A stretch of DNA of 64,000 bases, from assembly GCA_026770705.1 (NCBI GenBank), contig JANJGN010000018.1, positions 620,001-684,000 on the forward strand, in the 5' to 3' direction. The number at the start of each line of letters is the position of its first letter. The stretch's first letter is position 1. The translations under genes and the position numbers were made by a program. The stretch is from Isurus oxyrinchus (lineage: Eukaryota). Below are positions 39,127 to 50,920 of this stretch, piece by piece. A model generated the notes under the pieces. The model saw only the letters and a program-made list of their open reading frames with translations. It ran no database searches and had not been told where the DNA came from.

Positions 39127-40008
39127 CTAACGTAATTACAATTGTGATACTTTCGAGCGAAAACTGTGATCTCACCAAATGTATCACGTGTTACCTGGTG
39201 GCCATAGCAGTGGCGGATCTATCTCATCGTTATCCTGGACCTGATACGGAAACACATTCCAATTGTTTTTTGATGAGCAGTTTTGTTTCTATTATTCGAT
39301 CAGCGTGTATAATATCCACACCGTCCTGCTTCATGCAGCCACTGAGTATTCCGTCTGGATCACCGTCACTTTCAACTTGAATCGATTTGTGGACATTTTG
39401 TGCCCGAAACTGATACTTAAACATTGCAGCGAGGAAACAGTGGCTACGCTTGTGGGAACAGTGACTGTGCTGAGCAGCTTAAAAAAATATATTTTCTGGT
39501 ATTTTATGCACACAGGCTCGTATTGGCTGATGAATTACCCCAGATTTTGTGTTGTCACACTCAATGTTCAGATCTTTCCGATCTGGGTAATAATCGAGTG
39601 CCACAATCACATTCTGACCACGTGTGTCCCATTTGTTCTGATTCTGCTGCTGAAAGTTCTCAGTAGCAAAGCCCGCAGGAGACTTCGAGATCACAGCAGT
39701 GAGGAGAGTCCCAGAGACCGAGAGATGGAGAGTCGAATGAAAGCATAATTTTGTTGTATGTGATCTCGGCCAATTTCATCCTGTTGCGGTCAACGTTAAT
39801 GGTGTTTTCGATATGGAGCCGGATTTGTGATTTGCGCTTTGATTCTGTATAGTTAGATTGGTTTGTTGTGCAATTGGGCTTCATGCTGCTGCTCCTGAGC
39901 TGCTGCACTAACACTGTGATTTACACCGTAACACAGACTCAATTCAGACAGCACTTGAAAAACGTGCTGAAATATCCCTTTACTAAAACTCTTCATTTCA
40001 TTCAATGA
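39127..40008 (+). pseudogene. GPR139-like rhodopsin-class GPCR pseudogene, main coding exon
   Basis: Acceptor ttacag at 39121-39126, then NVITIVILSSENCDLTKCITCYLVAIAVADL, YNIHTVLLHAATEYSVWITVTFNLNRF, HILTTCVPFVLILLL, ARRRLR...DREMESR and LLSCCTNTVIYTVTQTQFRQHLKNVLKYPF..*; frameshifts near 39220-39260 and 39745, in-frame stop at ~39850. Confidence 0.88.
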
Positions 40009-40384
40009 CGGGATGAACTCAATATTTGAAATTTCACACTGGCCAGGCTGCATGTCGATCATGGATATCCCTCACTGATTTGGCAGAGAAAAAATATTCC
40101 TAACATTTCTGCCCTGCCATATGCCGGGCTGCCCAACCATCATTCATAAACCTTATTTAGGGGAACTAAAAAAGAAACTTCCTAATGGCTCTGGCCTCCC
40201 ATTAGCTGCGCTGCCTTTACTTCATGGCTATCCCTCACACTGATTGTTCATGAATCTGTCAGTCGGAAAACGAGAAGTGAATGGGAGAGGTCAGTAGAAG
40301 TGAACTCCCAATGAGGTAAGGAGGGAGTTGGACAATGTTTGAGGGATTGGGGATTAATCGCGGGTCACATTGGATGATGAATGG

Positions 40385-40740
40385 GAAATGGTGACAGAGG
40401 GAGGTAGAAAAACAGGATAGAGACAGCGAAAGAGAGGGGATGAAAGAGGCAGAGAGATGGACAGATTTAAAGAGAGACAGGGAGGTAGACAGAGAGGGAG
40501 AGAGAGAGAGACAGAAACTGAGATGGAGACAGAGATTGAGGGAATGCGTGAGGAAGAGAGAGACAGAAAGACAAAATCAGAAATAGAGGGGCAGAAAAGT
40601 ACAGAGAGAAACAGAGAGAGTACACATAGAGAGAGAGTGAGAGAGAGAGAGAGAGAGAGATAGAGACAGGTACTGAGACAGATAATGAGAGAGAGACTAA
40701 GAGAGAGAGAAAGACAAACAGGGAGAGAGTGAGTGAACGA
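40385..40740. repeat. GA-rich microsatellite/low-complexity tract
   Basis: (GA)n and GACA-type repeats. Confidence 0.9.
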
Positions 40741-40744
40741 ATGT

Positions 40745-41635
40745 GCAGACGGCACTGGGTTTGGAGGAGTTGCAGACAGTGCAGAGGAATGCCAAAGGAT
40801 ACAACAGGATATAGATCGGTTGGAGACTTAGGTGGAGAAATGGCAGATGGAGATTAATCCGGACAAATGCGAGGTAATCCATTTTGGAAGATCTAATACG
40901 GGCAGGAATTATACAGTAAATGACAGAACCCTTAAGTGCATCGAGGGGCACAGGGATCTGTGTATGCAGGTCCACAGGTCACTGAAAGTGGCAACGCAGA
41001 TTGATAAGTTAGTCAGGAAAGCATATGGCATGGTTGCCTTCATTGGCAGGGGCATTGAATGTAAAAGATGGGAACTCATGCTCCAGCTGCAGTTACGTCA
41101 CATTTGGAAAATTGCATGCAATTCTGGTCACCACATGACCAGAAGGATACAGAAGCGCTGGAGACGGTACAGAGACGGTTTACCCGGATGTTGTCTGGTC
41201 TGGAGGTTATTTGCTATGAGAAGAGTTAGGAGACACACGGATTATTCTCACTAGAGCAACGGAGATTGAGGGGCGACTTGAAAGATGTTCACAAAATTAT
41301 GAGTGGCATGGCCACAGTCGATAGTCAGAAGCTTTTTCCCAGGGTGGGAGAGTCACTTGCTGACGGAAATATAGTTAAATTGAGAGGAGAAAACTACAAA
41401 GGTGATGTGCGGGGCAAGTTTTTACGAAGAGGGTAGTGATTGTCTGGAATTCGCTGCCAGAGGAGGTGGTGCAAGCACGTGCGAAATTATTGTTTAAGAA
41501 GCAGCTTGTCAAAATACATGAAAAGGATAGGAATAGAGGATTACCGACACCGGAAGTGCAAAGTATTTTATTTGACTGGCAATATGATCGGCGCAGGCTT
41601 GGAGGGTCTAACAGCATGTTCCTGTGCTGTAGTTT
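40745..41635 (+). mobile_element. CR1-type LINE 3' fragment
   Basis: ORF 40832-41254 WQMEINPDKCEVIHFGRSN...RDL...VHRSLKVATQIDKLVRKAYG; VWNSLPEEVV near 41440. Confidence 0.9.
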
Positions 41636-41704
41636 GTCTTGTTCTTTGTTCTTTGAAAGTGAGAGAGAAACACAGAGTGGATCAGAGAGTGACAGTGATA
41701 AAAT

Positions 41705-41834
41705 NNNNNNNNNNNNNNNNNNNNNNNNNNNNNNNNNNNNNNNNNNNNNNNNNNNNNNNNNNNNNNNNNNNNNNNNNNNNNNNNNNNNNNNNNNNNNNNN
41801 NNNNNNNNNNNNNNNNNNNNNNNNNNNNNNNNNN
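41705..41834. other. Assembly gap (N run)
   Basis: 130 consecutive N. Confidence 1.
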
Positions 41835-42689
41835 GACAGACAGAGGGCAAGGGAGAGACTAACGGGGAGTGAGGGTGGCGGAGTGGGCAGCGAGATGGAG
41901 AGCAGAATAGAGAATCCGACAGAAGGCTATGGAGGGACATTTATATTATCTGTCATTGTGAGAGGTGGAGAAAGCGATATAGGAGACGGAAAGGTGAAGA
42001 GAAAGAGACAGAGTCTGTGGGAGAGGCAGTGATAGGGAGGGTGAGATAGATACGCGGGATGATGTTGTGGAGAATAAGTGGAGTGTGGATGAGAGTTCGA
42101 AAGAGTGGTGATAGAGATGTAGAGCAGGAAACACGGCGAAAGGTAATGAGAGTTGGGAGTTTAGAGAACCTCAGACTCCTACTCAGAGAGGCAAATAATC
42201 ATTATTATTAAATTCCCAATGTTGGAATGCATGTTTGATCCTGAATATTTTTGAATCCCCCTTTGTATTGGTCCCACACCTTTTTAAGATAAGGCCGTCA
42301 TTACTTGATGTTCCTCTCCTGTCCACTCCACCACAACACACCTCATTCCCATACAGTGCAGAAATGTCCCAATCCCACCCACACAGACACAACTCTGCCC
42401 ATCCACACTCACCCAGAAATAGCCCTCTCATATTAACTGCCCCGTAACCCGCCCCACACACAATCATCCCTGTACTTTCCCTTCTCCATTCAAACCTCTG
42501 TAACCGTCCCCCTGCCAGTCAGTCCAGGAGAGCCCCTGTCTCATTAACACCCTAGCAACTCATTAACACCCTAGCAACCACCCTCATACCCATTCAGTAG
42601 AGTGCTTACCCTCCCATTCACACTCTCCACATTCCACTTCAAGCACATACCCAAAGAGCCAAAGATTGCCCCTCTCCCATTCCATAGAA

Positions 42690-43010
42690 TAACATAAACT
42701 TAATAGCACAGGTAAAGGTCATTCAGACCATCGTTCCTGCGACGGCTGAAAATATGTAGTAGCTCATTCCAATCTGATGTGCAAGCACTGGGTCCGCCTT
42801 GCTGTAGTTCAAACAAGTTCACCTGCTAACTTCGTCACCTTTTCAATGAGTTGTGCATTTCTGCTCTTGCCAGCAATCTAGACAGCCAATTTTAGACATC
42901 TACAAACATCTGGGTGTGAAAAGAATCATCATGCCGCCCCAAATCCTTCTACAGATTGCCGTGATTATATGCCCCCCAGGTTATTCTGCACATCTAGATC
43001 CCACGGGCAG
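42690..43010 (-). mobile_element. CR1-type LINE 3'-end remnant
   Basis: atagcacaggtaaaggtcattcagaccatcg... resembles the reverse CR1 tail at 28240; tctgggtgtgaaaagaatc resembles the FFTQRV region. Confidence 0.5.
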
Positions 43011-43139
43011 TAAGATATGGGGCATTTTTAAATTGGAAAATGGGTTGCTTGTTTTCCCACCTCCAATTCACCAGCAGATATTGTCTGCTCATTCAGCCAT
43101 CTCTCCTTCATCCATTAGTATATATGTACTTTTTGCTCA

Positions 43140-44250
43140 CTGTTTCCATCAATCTCTCTTTCTCTCCTTTGTGTGTGCATCTCCATCTACTTCAATCTCA
43201 GTCTCTCTAGTTCTATAACTCTCATTGTATCGTCAATCTCTATCTCCCTCACTCTTTCTTTCTCCATCCATCTTCGTTAATCAATCACCTCTCTCCCTGT
43301 CTTCCTCTCACAAATTATCGTGCTCTTATTCTCTCCCTGCTTATCGCTCTCTTGCTTTATCAATTTCATAATCATTCATCAAGCTCTGCTATTTCTCTCT
43401 CTCTCTCAATATCTCTCTCTCTCTCTCTCTCAATCTCTCCCTCTATCTCTCTCTCTCTCCCTATCTCTCTTCCTCAATATTTCCATGCATTTCTCAACTC
43501 TCTGGCTTTTTGTTTATCACTGGCTTCTCTCTCTTCCTCCTCCCGCCCAAACATGTTTCTCCCTGTCCCTCCCTGACTCTGTATTGCTCTCTCTTTCCTT
43601 TTCTGCCCTGCGTTAGTTATCTCACTTTATCTAACTTGTATTCCATCCACAAACTTTGCTTCAACTCTCTCTCTCTCTCTCTCTCTCTCACTCACACCCT
43701 CTCTCTCTCTCTCTCCCTTACTCTCTCTCACTCAGTATTTCCATCAATCTCTCCACTCTGCCTCATTTTCTCTCTCCCTCTCTATCTCACTCTCTCCCTG
43801 TCTCTCTCACTGCATCTACAAACTTTCTCTACATCTCTCTTTCTCACGTTATGTTTCCTCGATCTATCCTCTCACTCTCTTTGTTCTTATCTCACACTGC
43901 CCATGTCCCTATCTTACACCGTCCCCCTGCTTCTCTCTCTTTGTATCTATCTACAATTCTTTCCTCCAAGCTCTGCATTTTCCGTCCCTATTAACCACAC
44001 TGTTACAATGAAGGCAGCCTCTCTCTGTCGTTATTTTTTTCTCTCTCTTCTCTCTCACTTCTCTTTCTCTCTCTCACTCTCGCTCCAATCCCCTGCAAAT
44101 CCACTTTATTTCCCTTTCTTCCTCTTAGATGCAAACGAATGGAGAAGCAAAGGGGGGGGGGGGGGGGGGGCAGAGAGGGAGAGAGAGAGAGAGAGAGAAA
44201 GATAGAGAGAGAGAGAGAAAGAGAGAGACAGAGAGAGAAACAGAGAGAGA
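43140..44250. repeat. CT-rich tract followed by poly-G and (GA)n
   Basis: Direct inspection of the sequence. Confidence 0.9.
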
Positions 44251-47200
44251 TGGCCAGGTCCGCAACAAAGTTAATAGAAAATCAATTAATTCCTCAATTT
44301 ATTGCAGTGTCTATGTTGTCAGCATTATTCAGCAATTATAATGACAAAGATAACCACTTTAACTTCGAGCACACCTTAATCTTTTACAGTCAATGAGTTC
44401 AGTGTTTTAAATTTTGGTCACTGATGTAATTTAGCGAACACTGTTGGCATTTGCGCACAGTGAGATCCAACTCACTGCAGCCTGAGTACTGACTGATAAA
44501 AGTGTTTTTGGTGGGAATTGATGAAAGGACACAGTGGGATATCATATTTTAGCAAAACCGCACAGCATGATCCAGCGATTCACACTCTGGAAACCGGTGT
44601 TAATTTTGTAATTGCTGCACTGTTTAGGAAGAATGTGATTGAGGGGCTGTTCACCTGAGACTTACAGATGAGCAATGGCTAGGAGGCAACCAGATCCATG
44701 TCGCTCTGCCCGAGAACCAACACCGGACCGTTGCCTGTCTTTTATAGTCTCTCTCGTCCTCTTCTCCTTCAACCTCCCCATCTACAGGGAAGGAAGCAGG
44801 CATTTCTTGCACACACAAATATCCCACAAACAGTAATGTTTTAGTACAGAGAAAAATCTGTCTCTGTAATGCCGATTGAAGGGGGAAACCTTGCCTGGAA
44901 TGACAGGCAGCGATAAAAGCAATGAATCGTTCTAATTAATTAAGTCACATTTCACGGAGCCTGCATTGTAACCTCAAGTTTAGCAATAGGGAACGTTCAA
45001 TCAGAGCAACCCGCTCCTTCCACAGCTCACCCCCAACCCATCACAGACTGGGCTCGAAGGAGAGAGTGGCAAATAGAATGCACTCATCCCACAGCTGATG
45101 CGATCCCCTGACATCCTCCCACAACCATTAAAATAAAGAAAAATCAGTTGGGTGGGTTTTCTTTACATGTTTTGGTAAGATAAAATAGGGAAGCAAATAA
45201 CTAGTCAGAGAGCGATAGGGATATATCAGGAGACAAACAAAAAAAGTGTAATCACAACAAGTTTCCAGAAATGGCAATGAGTTCCTCTTGAGGTAGGGAT
45301 CGGGAAGCTTGTTTTACACTCGGCACAAGCCTGCTGCAAACCTTTCACCGAAACAGTGGGTGTGTTCTGAGCTTAGGTTAAGCCCACATCTCTTCTGTCC
45401 TAACAAATTGTTAAACTCCAACTTCAACCTCAGATGGAAAAAAACGATACATTTGGGACAATTTTTCAACTCACTAACACGGAATTCGCATTGGAAATCA
45501 CCACGCCTGGAAGGAAGTAAAAACAGCTGGAAAGTAACTGTACACTGGAGATACCAATTGTCCTTCCTACTTTGAAACTTATCCCCCTACCCAAAACTTT
45601 ACAATTCTACCGCTTTCTCCCTCTCTCTCTATGGCCAAACTCCATCATCTTTCTCCCCTTCCCTGCTTGCCACTCATAATCTCCCCTTTCTCCTGCTATC
45701 ACTGCTTCCCTACCCAATCATGTCTCGACATTCTCTTTCAGTCTCTTTTATTCGCTCACTCTCCTTCATTTCCTTCGCTCTCTCTGTGTTTCCCTTCACA
45801 CACTCCTTTCTCTTTCTGGAACATTAAAGCGCAGAGAGCAACACACACACACAAATCCACAATCTCAACTGCAACAAATTGCAGTCAACTGGTCCTTCAG
45901 CGAACATTTACTCCGCAAAATTATAATGCTGCCTATTGAATTTCGAAAGCCATTTTAGCAAAGCAAGATCCCAACTGTGTTCACACTTGCTGCAATGATT
46001 GTAAAGCTTAGCCTCTCCCGCTGCCTCTTAATTCCCATGTCACATCATGAGGCCACTGGTCAATGAATGCTGAACACTGTCTATTGGAGAAGTGGGACTT
46101 CTAACATGTAGTCATGGTTCAGGAATGCAGTTTTTATCTAATTCTCTGTAATTAAATTTTACTACTGCCTCCCAGAAGCTAATGAATGCAAGAAGTCATT
46201 ACAATTTCTAAGATATTTTTTTCAGAGCTCCTGTTTGTGTGTTTATTTGCCCTTCTCAATTGTTCTTTCCACTCTCGTTCTACTTGTGTCTTTTTACCGT
46301 ATGTGCCTCTCTCACTCTCACTTTCTCTTTTTCCCCGTCCCTGTCTGGCTCTCTTTCTTTCCGACTTCTCTCTGTATCCAAACCTCCTTTTCTGATCAAT
46401 TTTTCTCTTTACCATTGTCCCTGTGCCTGTCTCATGCCCTTTCGCTGGCCAACAGGCTCTGTGGCTCTTTTCCATGCTTCTCTCACCCTCCCTCCCCGCT
46501 TTCCTCTGTATCTCAAACCCTTCCACTTTCATTAACGTATGGGCACATAACAAGAAACAAACAGCAAAAATAGGGCTACTGCACCTTCCTTTAGAGCTAC
46601 CCCTTGCTAAAACCGAATGAAAATGACGTCGGTCTTTTTCATTTCACCGCTGTGCCTTCCTCTCTGTTCTAAATGCTCGGATTTCATCTTTTAACACAAT
46701 TATTTGAATCCATTTGTACTAAATATGAAGCACCTTTCTTAAATCTCTGGGCAACACCACATGCCCACAATGACACACGTTGCTTAGGAATTGTGCGAGC
46801 TCGAGTCCAGTTCAGGTGTGAGGTCCTTCAACAAATCTGCCTGCACAACATCGCAATGGCTCCTCAAACCATTCTACCAACTGCAGAATCAATGTCGTTT
46901 CGGGTTGTTTCATTATTCAATCTTATCCTTCTATATAAGGAGATACCATAAATTGGGTTGCCCGAATGGAATTTTCCCCCACGCTGACCATCCGTGACCA
47001 CCTCTGGATGGTCATTCCCTGCACTCAGCATTGTGTTCGGCTGCATGCCAACAATGGGTGTGATTGCATTGTTTTGGGGCAGGCAGAATTACATTAACAC
47101 ATCCCGAGTTGTCATTGTCTCAGTCTTTTTTTCTGTCCAGGAAACTTCTATGTAAACCATACCACTGGGACATGCTCTGAAATGTTTGTATGTTTGTGTT

Positions 47201-48514
47201 TTCTGTGTGTGACTGTTCATATGAATGTATCTCTATATTAAAGGATAAATTTGAAGCTCGTGTATGTCTTTATACAAAAACACTCCCCCGTATCTCGATC
47301 TTCTTATCACCATCAGACAAAGCCTGGAAACAGCCCTCCACCACAGCCAGCTTACATTCATTAAAATGAAAGAAGTAAAAGCCCAGGCATGTCATTAATA
47401 TGAATTGATAAAATTAAGTTAAAATGATGCACTGCCCTACAAAATCTACATTTTAAGTGATTCATTTCGATTTCTGAAAATATAAATACGCATGCATCAA
47501 AGTTTTCGGCTCAGCAAACCTTTTCCATTGCTCCAGCTCCCTATGTTGCAACATGAATCATACAATAGATATTACAAAATAATCACCTGCATAACTCAAA
47601 ACACATGAGATATGATTACAACCGAAGAGTGTTATTCAATATTACCTCCCCAGTCACTTAAAATATCCAACGAGGAGATTGTTTAATGTTTCATTTAATG
47701 GTAGGATCTCAACACCTGTTTGCTGTAACTGATAATATTATCTCAAGTAATCATCTCGATCCTCTCACAGCTCGACCAGGTGTTCAATTATGGCAGGAAG
47801 CTACAGCAACTTCATTGCATATATTCACTAAGCTTCCACATGTTTCTGTCTTGCACTACATTTAGCGCTATTATGGCTATGATTCTTCATGAATCCCTGC
47901 TCCAGAAGCCCTACGGGTCTCTCAGGCCATAAACAGAATGTGGATGGTGTTAGTGAGCATTTCAAATTCAACCCATTCAGACATCATTTCCTGTTTCTCG
48001 TAACACATAGCTCGCCCTCTCATCCATATGCAACATGATTAAGCTTACACATCGTCTTCTCTCGCTCCATAGTTCAAGTTCCTTCTGTAATGTTAAACCC
48101 ACATGTCAGATCACAATGCCTTTCCATCCTATAGGGAGACAGTATTTTACCCCTTCGAGAGTTAGAGCCTACCTGACGGTTTCCTACCATATTATTCCAG
48201 AAATTCACCGCATATGGTGAAATATCATTTTAGTGAGCATGGTTATACCCCCTCCCACATCGCTATTCTTCAACCCTAAAAGCTGGAAGTTTTGTCAGCC
48301 CTCGCAGCATTACAGGAAAGCGAAGTTTCAAACTCAGGATCTTAACAATGGACCTTACCGCTTAGCTGAAATACAGTGGTGCTGCTTTCAAATTCATGAA
48401 AACCCTTCAAAATAGTCTTTAGTTACACATGAGGATATTTCCCCTTCAGATATTAGTCTCATATTTTGACAGAGCAAAAGATGGCCCGCACATCTTCCAT
48501 GGCAGTCCCCTTGA

Positions 48515-50130
48515 CCATAAGATCATAAGGTGTATGAGCCGAAGTTGGCTATTCGGATCATTGAGTCTCCTCCACTTTACAATGAAATCATGGCGGTCCT
48601 CATAATCCTCAACATCACTTTTCTGTCTTTACCAGAAAGCAAATCAATGTGGTGATGGCTGATCTAAGATTTCTCAACCCCACTTTCCCGCCTCTTCCCC
48701 ATAACCCTTGATGCTCTCGCTGGGTACAGTTCTGCCCACCTGAGCCTAAGATACAGTTAACGATCTGATTCCTCTGTGGTAAATCATTCCACAGATTTGC
48801 TGATCAATGTGGGAAGGAATTCCTTCTCATCTTTGTTATAAGTGGCGCCCCCTTACTTTGAGAACATGACATTGATTCTTACTCTCTCCCACTTGGAATC
48901 ATACAGAAGATTGCCTGTCATTCTTGCAAACTCTAATGTATAAAGGCCAAATCTACTCAACCTCTCCGCATTAGAAAATCCCTCCGTATCCGGGAACAAT
49001 CTCCTGAATCTTCTGTGGACTGTCCCAAATGCCTGTATAACTTTCCTCAGATATCTGAACCAAATTGATCACTATATGCTATTTCTGGTCTAACGTTGTG
49101 CTTTCTATAGTTTTAGCAAGACTTCCCCATTTCTACTTTGTCTTTGTTCCCAATTCCTATTCTCCTTTTCCAATGAAATAAAGGCCAACAATGCATTTGC
49201 CTTACATATTACCTGTCGAACGTTTTTGTTAGCTTTTTGGGGATCATTCGCAATGACTCACAAATCCCTGCATCCTGCAGCTTTCTGAACTTTATCTCAA
49301 TTTAAATACTATTCAGTTCCCCTATTCTGCCTGGTGAAGGTGCCTCATTACATTACAGTTGCAAAACTTTATCTTACTCAGTTAACGTGTCTAAGTCCCT
49401 CTTTATGCATTTTGTTTAATACTCATCCTTTCTCTTCCAACCTATTTTTGTGCTATCGGCAAAATTGGTGATTGTATAATCAAGTCTCGAGTCTAAATAA
49501 TTAGCAGATATTTTAAATATAGAACCCTATGACAGTCCAGTATTTACATGTTGCCAGAACGAAAATAACCCCTCAACTCAACTCTCTATATTTTAACAGT
49601 TAGGAAATCATTTATACATCCAAGTATACTTCCCCAAAATCATGGGTTCCTACCTTATTAAGAAGTATTATTTGCAGTCGCTTATCAAAAGCCTGTTGTA
49701 ACGCCAGTTATTTTCCATCTACTCTTTACGTCCTCAAAGGATTCTAACAAATTTGTTAGGCATGACCTACTCTTCATGAAGCCATGATGGCTTTGCTTAA
49801 ATAGATTATGCATTTCTAAATTCTCTGCTATTGCATCCTTTATAACATACTTCAACGTTTTCCCAATGACAGATATTAAGTTAACCTGCATATAATTAAA
49901 TGTTTTTGCTTCCCTATATTTTTCATTAAGGATATTATTTTGTCCGCTGTCTGGGACTTTTCCGAAGTAAAAGCATTGATGGAAGATTAATAACTTTGCA
50001 TCCAATAAATTTGGAACTACTTTAGTCATGTCCAAGAAAGCGACCGTTTAGGTCCAAGGGACTGAGCGGCCTTTGACTTCAATCATTTTCCTTGAAATGT
50101 TATTTGGTGTTGGTTATTGTACTTACTTCC
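48515..50130 (-). mobile_element. CR1-type LINE RT fragment with 3' tail
   Basis: ORF 49685-50035(-) NYMQVNLISVIGKTL..VIKDAIAENLE...QSHHGFMKSRSCLTNLLESFEDV; tail cataagatcataag at ~48516. Confidence 0.88.
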
Positions 50131-50249
50131 TCCCCCACCTCAAACACTCACACCCTTTGCCCTATTATTATTTACCATATTTAGAATGCACTAAACAATA
50201 AAGTTCAATGAGGCCGAGGTTCCTTACTCTATTTTTCCTCACGTGTAAA

Positions 50250-50920
50250 TGCTGAATAGATGTCAGTCCCAAGAAAATGAGCAGCAGCTTGTTGTTTTTC
50301 CTTTTTGGCCTAGGTCAAGATTCACGTCCTGCTCCGATCTAGATATAGCAAATCTCCTTTTGGATATTGAGCTGACTCTGACTTGCACGTGTTTTCTGCC
50401 AATTTATGGAGTGCACCAGCTGTAAAAGCTAATTTAAACGTCCGTTGAGGATTCGAGAGACCCGGCGAAATATCTAGCGAGTTTTGGTACACTTTGTTCT
50501 CAGAGGGTCATGGGTTGCAGCTATCCACCTACCAACCTGCGTAGAGCGGAATTATTATCGCCACTACTGGGATCCTTCAGCTCATTTGTTTCTGTAACTT
50601 TTCTCTCTCCAAAACCTATTGCACATGCCTCTCCAACTTGTACCTGAAACTGCAGTCTGAAACTCTGAATCGGGTTCAGGCATTTATATATAATAATTGT
50701 GTGCTCTTGATTTCGTTGATGCCAAACTCGGTAGACAATGTTCACACTGTCAGCCTCCCGTTCAGTTCTGTCTATCCTATCTGTCTGTTCTGCTGCTCAT
50801 ACAGCCCACTCATCTATCCTATCTGTATGTTCTGCTGCTCGTACAGCCCACTCATCAAACTGAAGCTGATTGTTGACACACTGCCGAGCCAGATGCTGGA
50901 CGCTGAAACTTACTGAAACA
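50250..50920 (-). mobile_element. Possible L1-type ORF1 remnant
   Basis: ELKDPSSGDNNSALRRLVGG resembles DLENRSRRNNLRIVG.PEG after a coiled-coil-like stretch; weak. Confidence 0.3.

Noticed and set aside
43320-44396. 231-aa L/S-rich ORF and E/R-rich ORFs
   Set aside because: Translations of CT/GA microsatellite.
44420-47860. Possible DeuSINE-like fragments (~44450, ~44810, ~45950, ~47630)
   Set aside because: Only short, eroded similarity recognised from memory; boundaries could not be supported.
47880-48500. Possible Gypsy RNase H-integrase linker on the - strand
   Set aside because: Only faint motif resemblance and no diagnostic residues.
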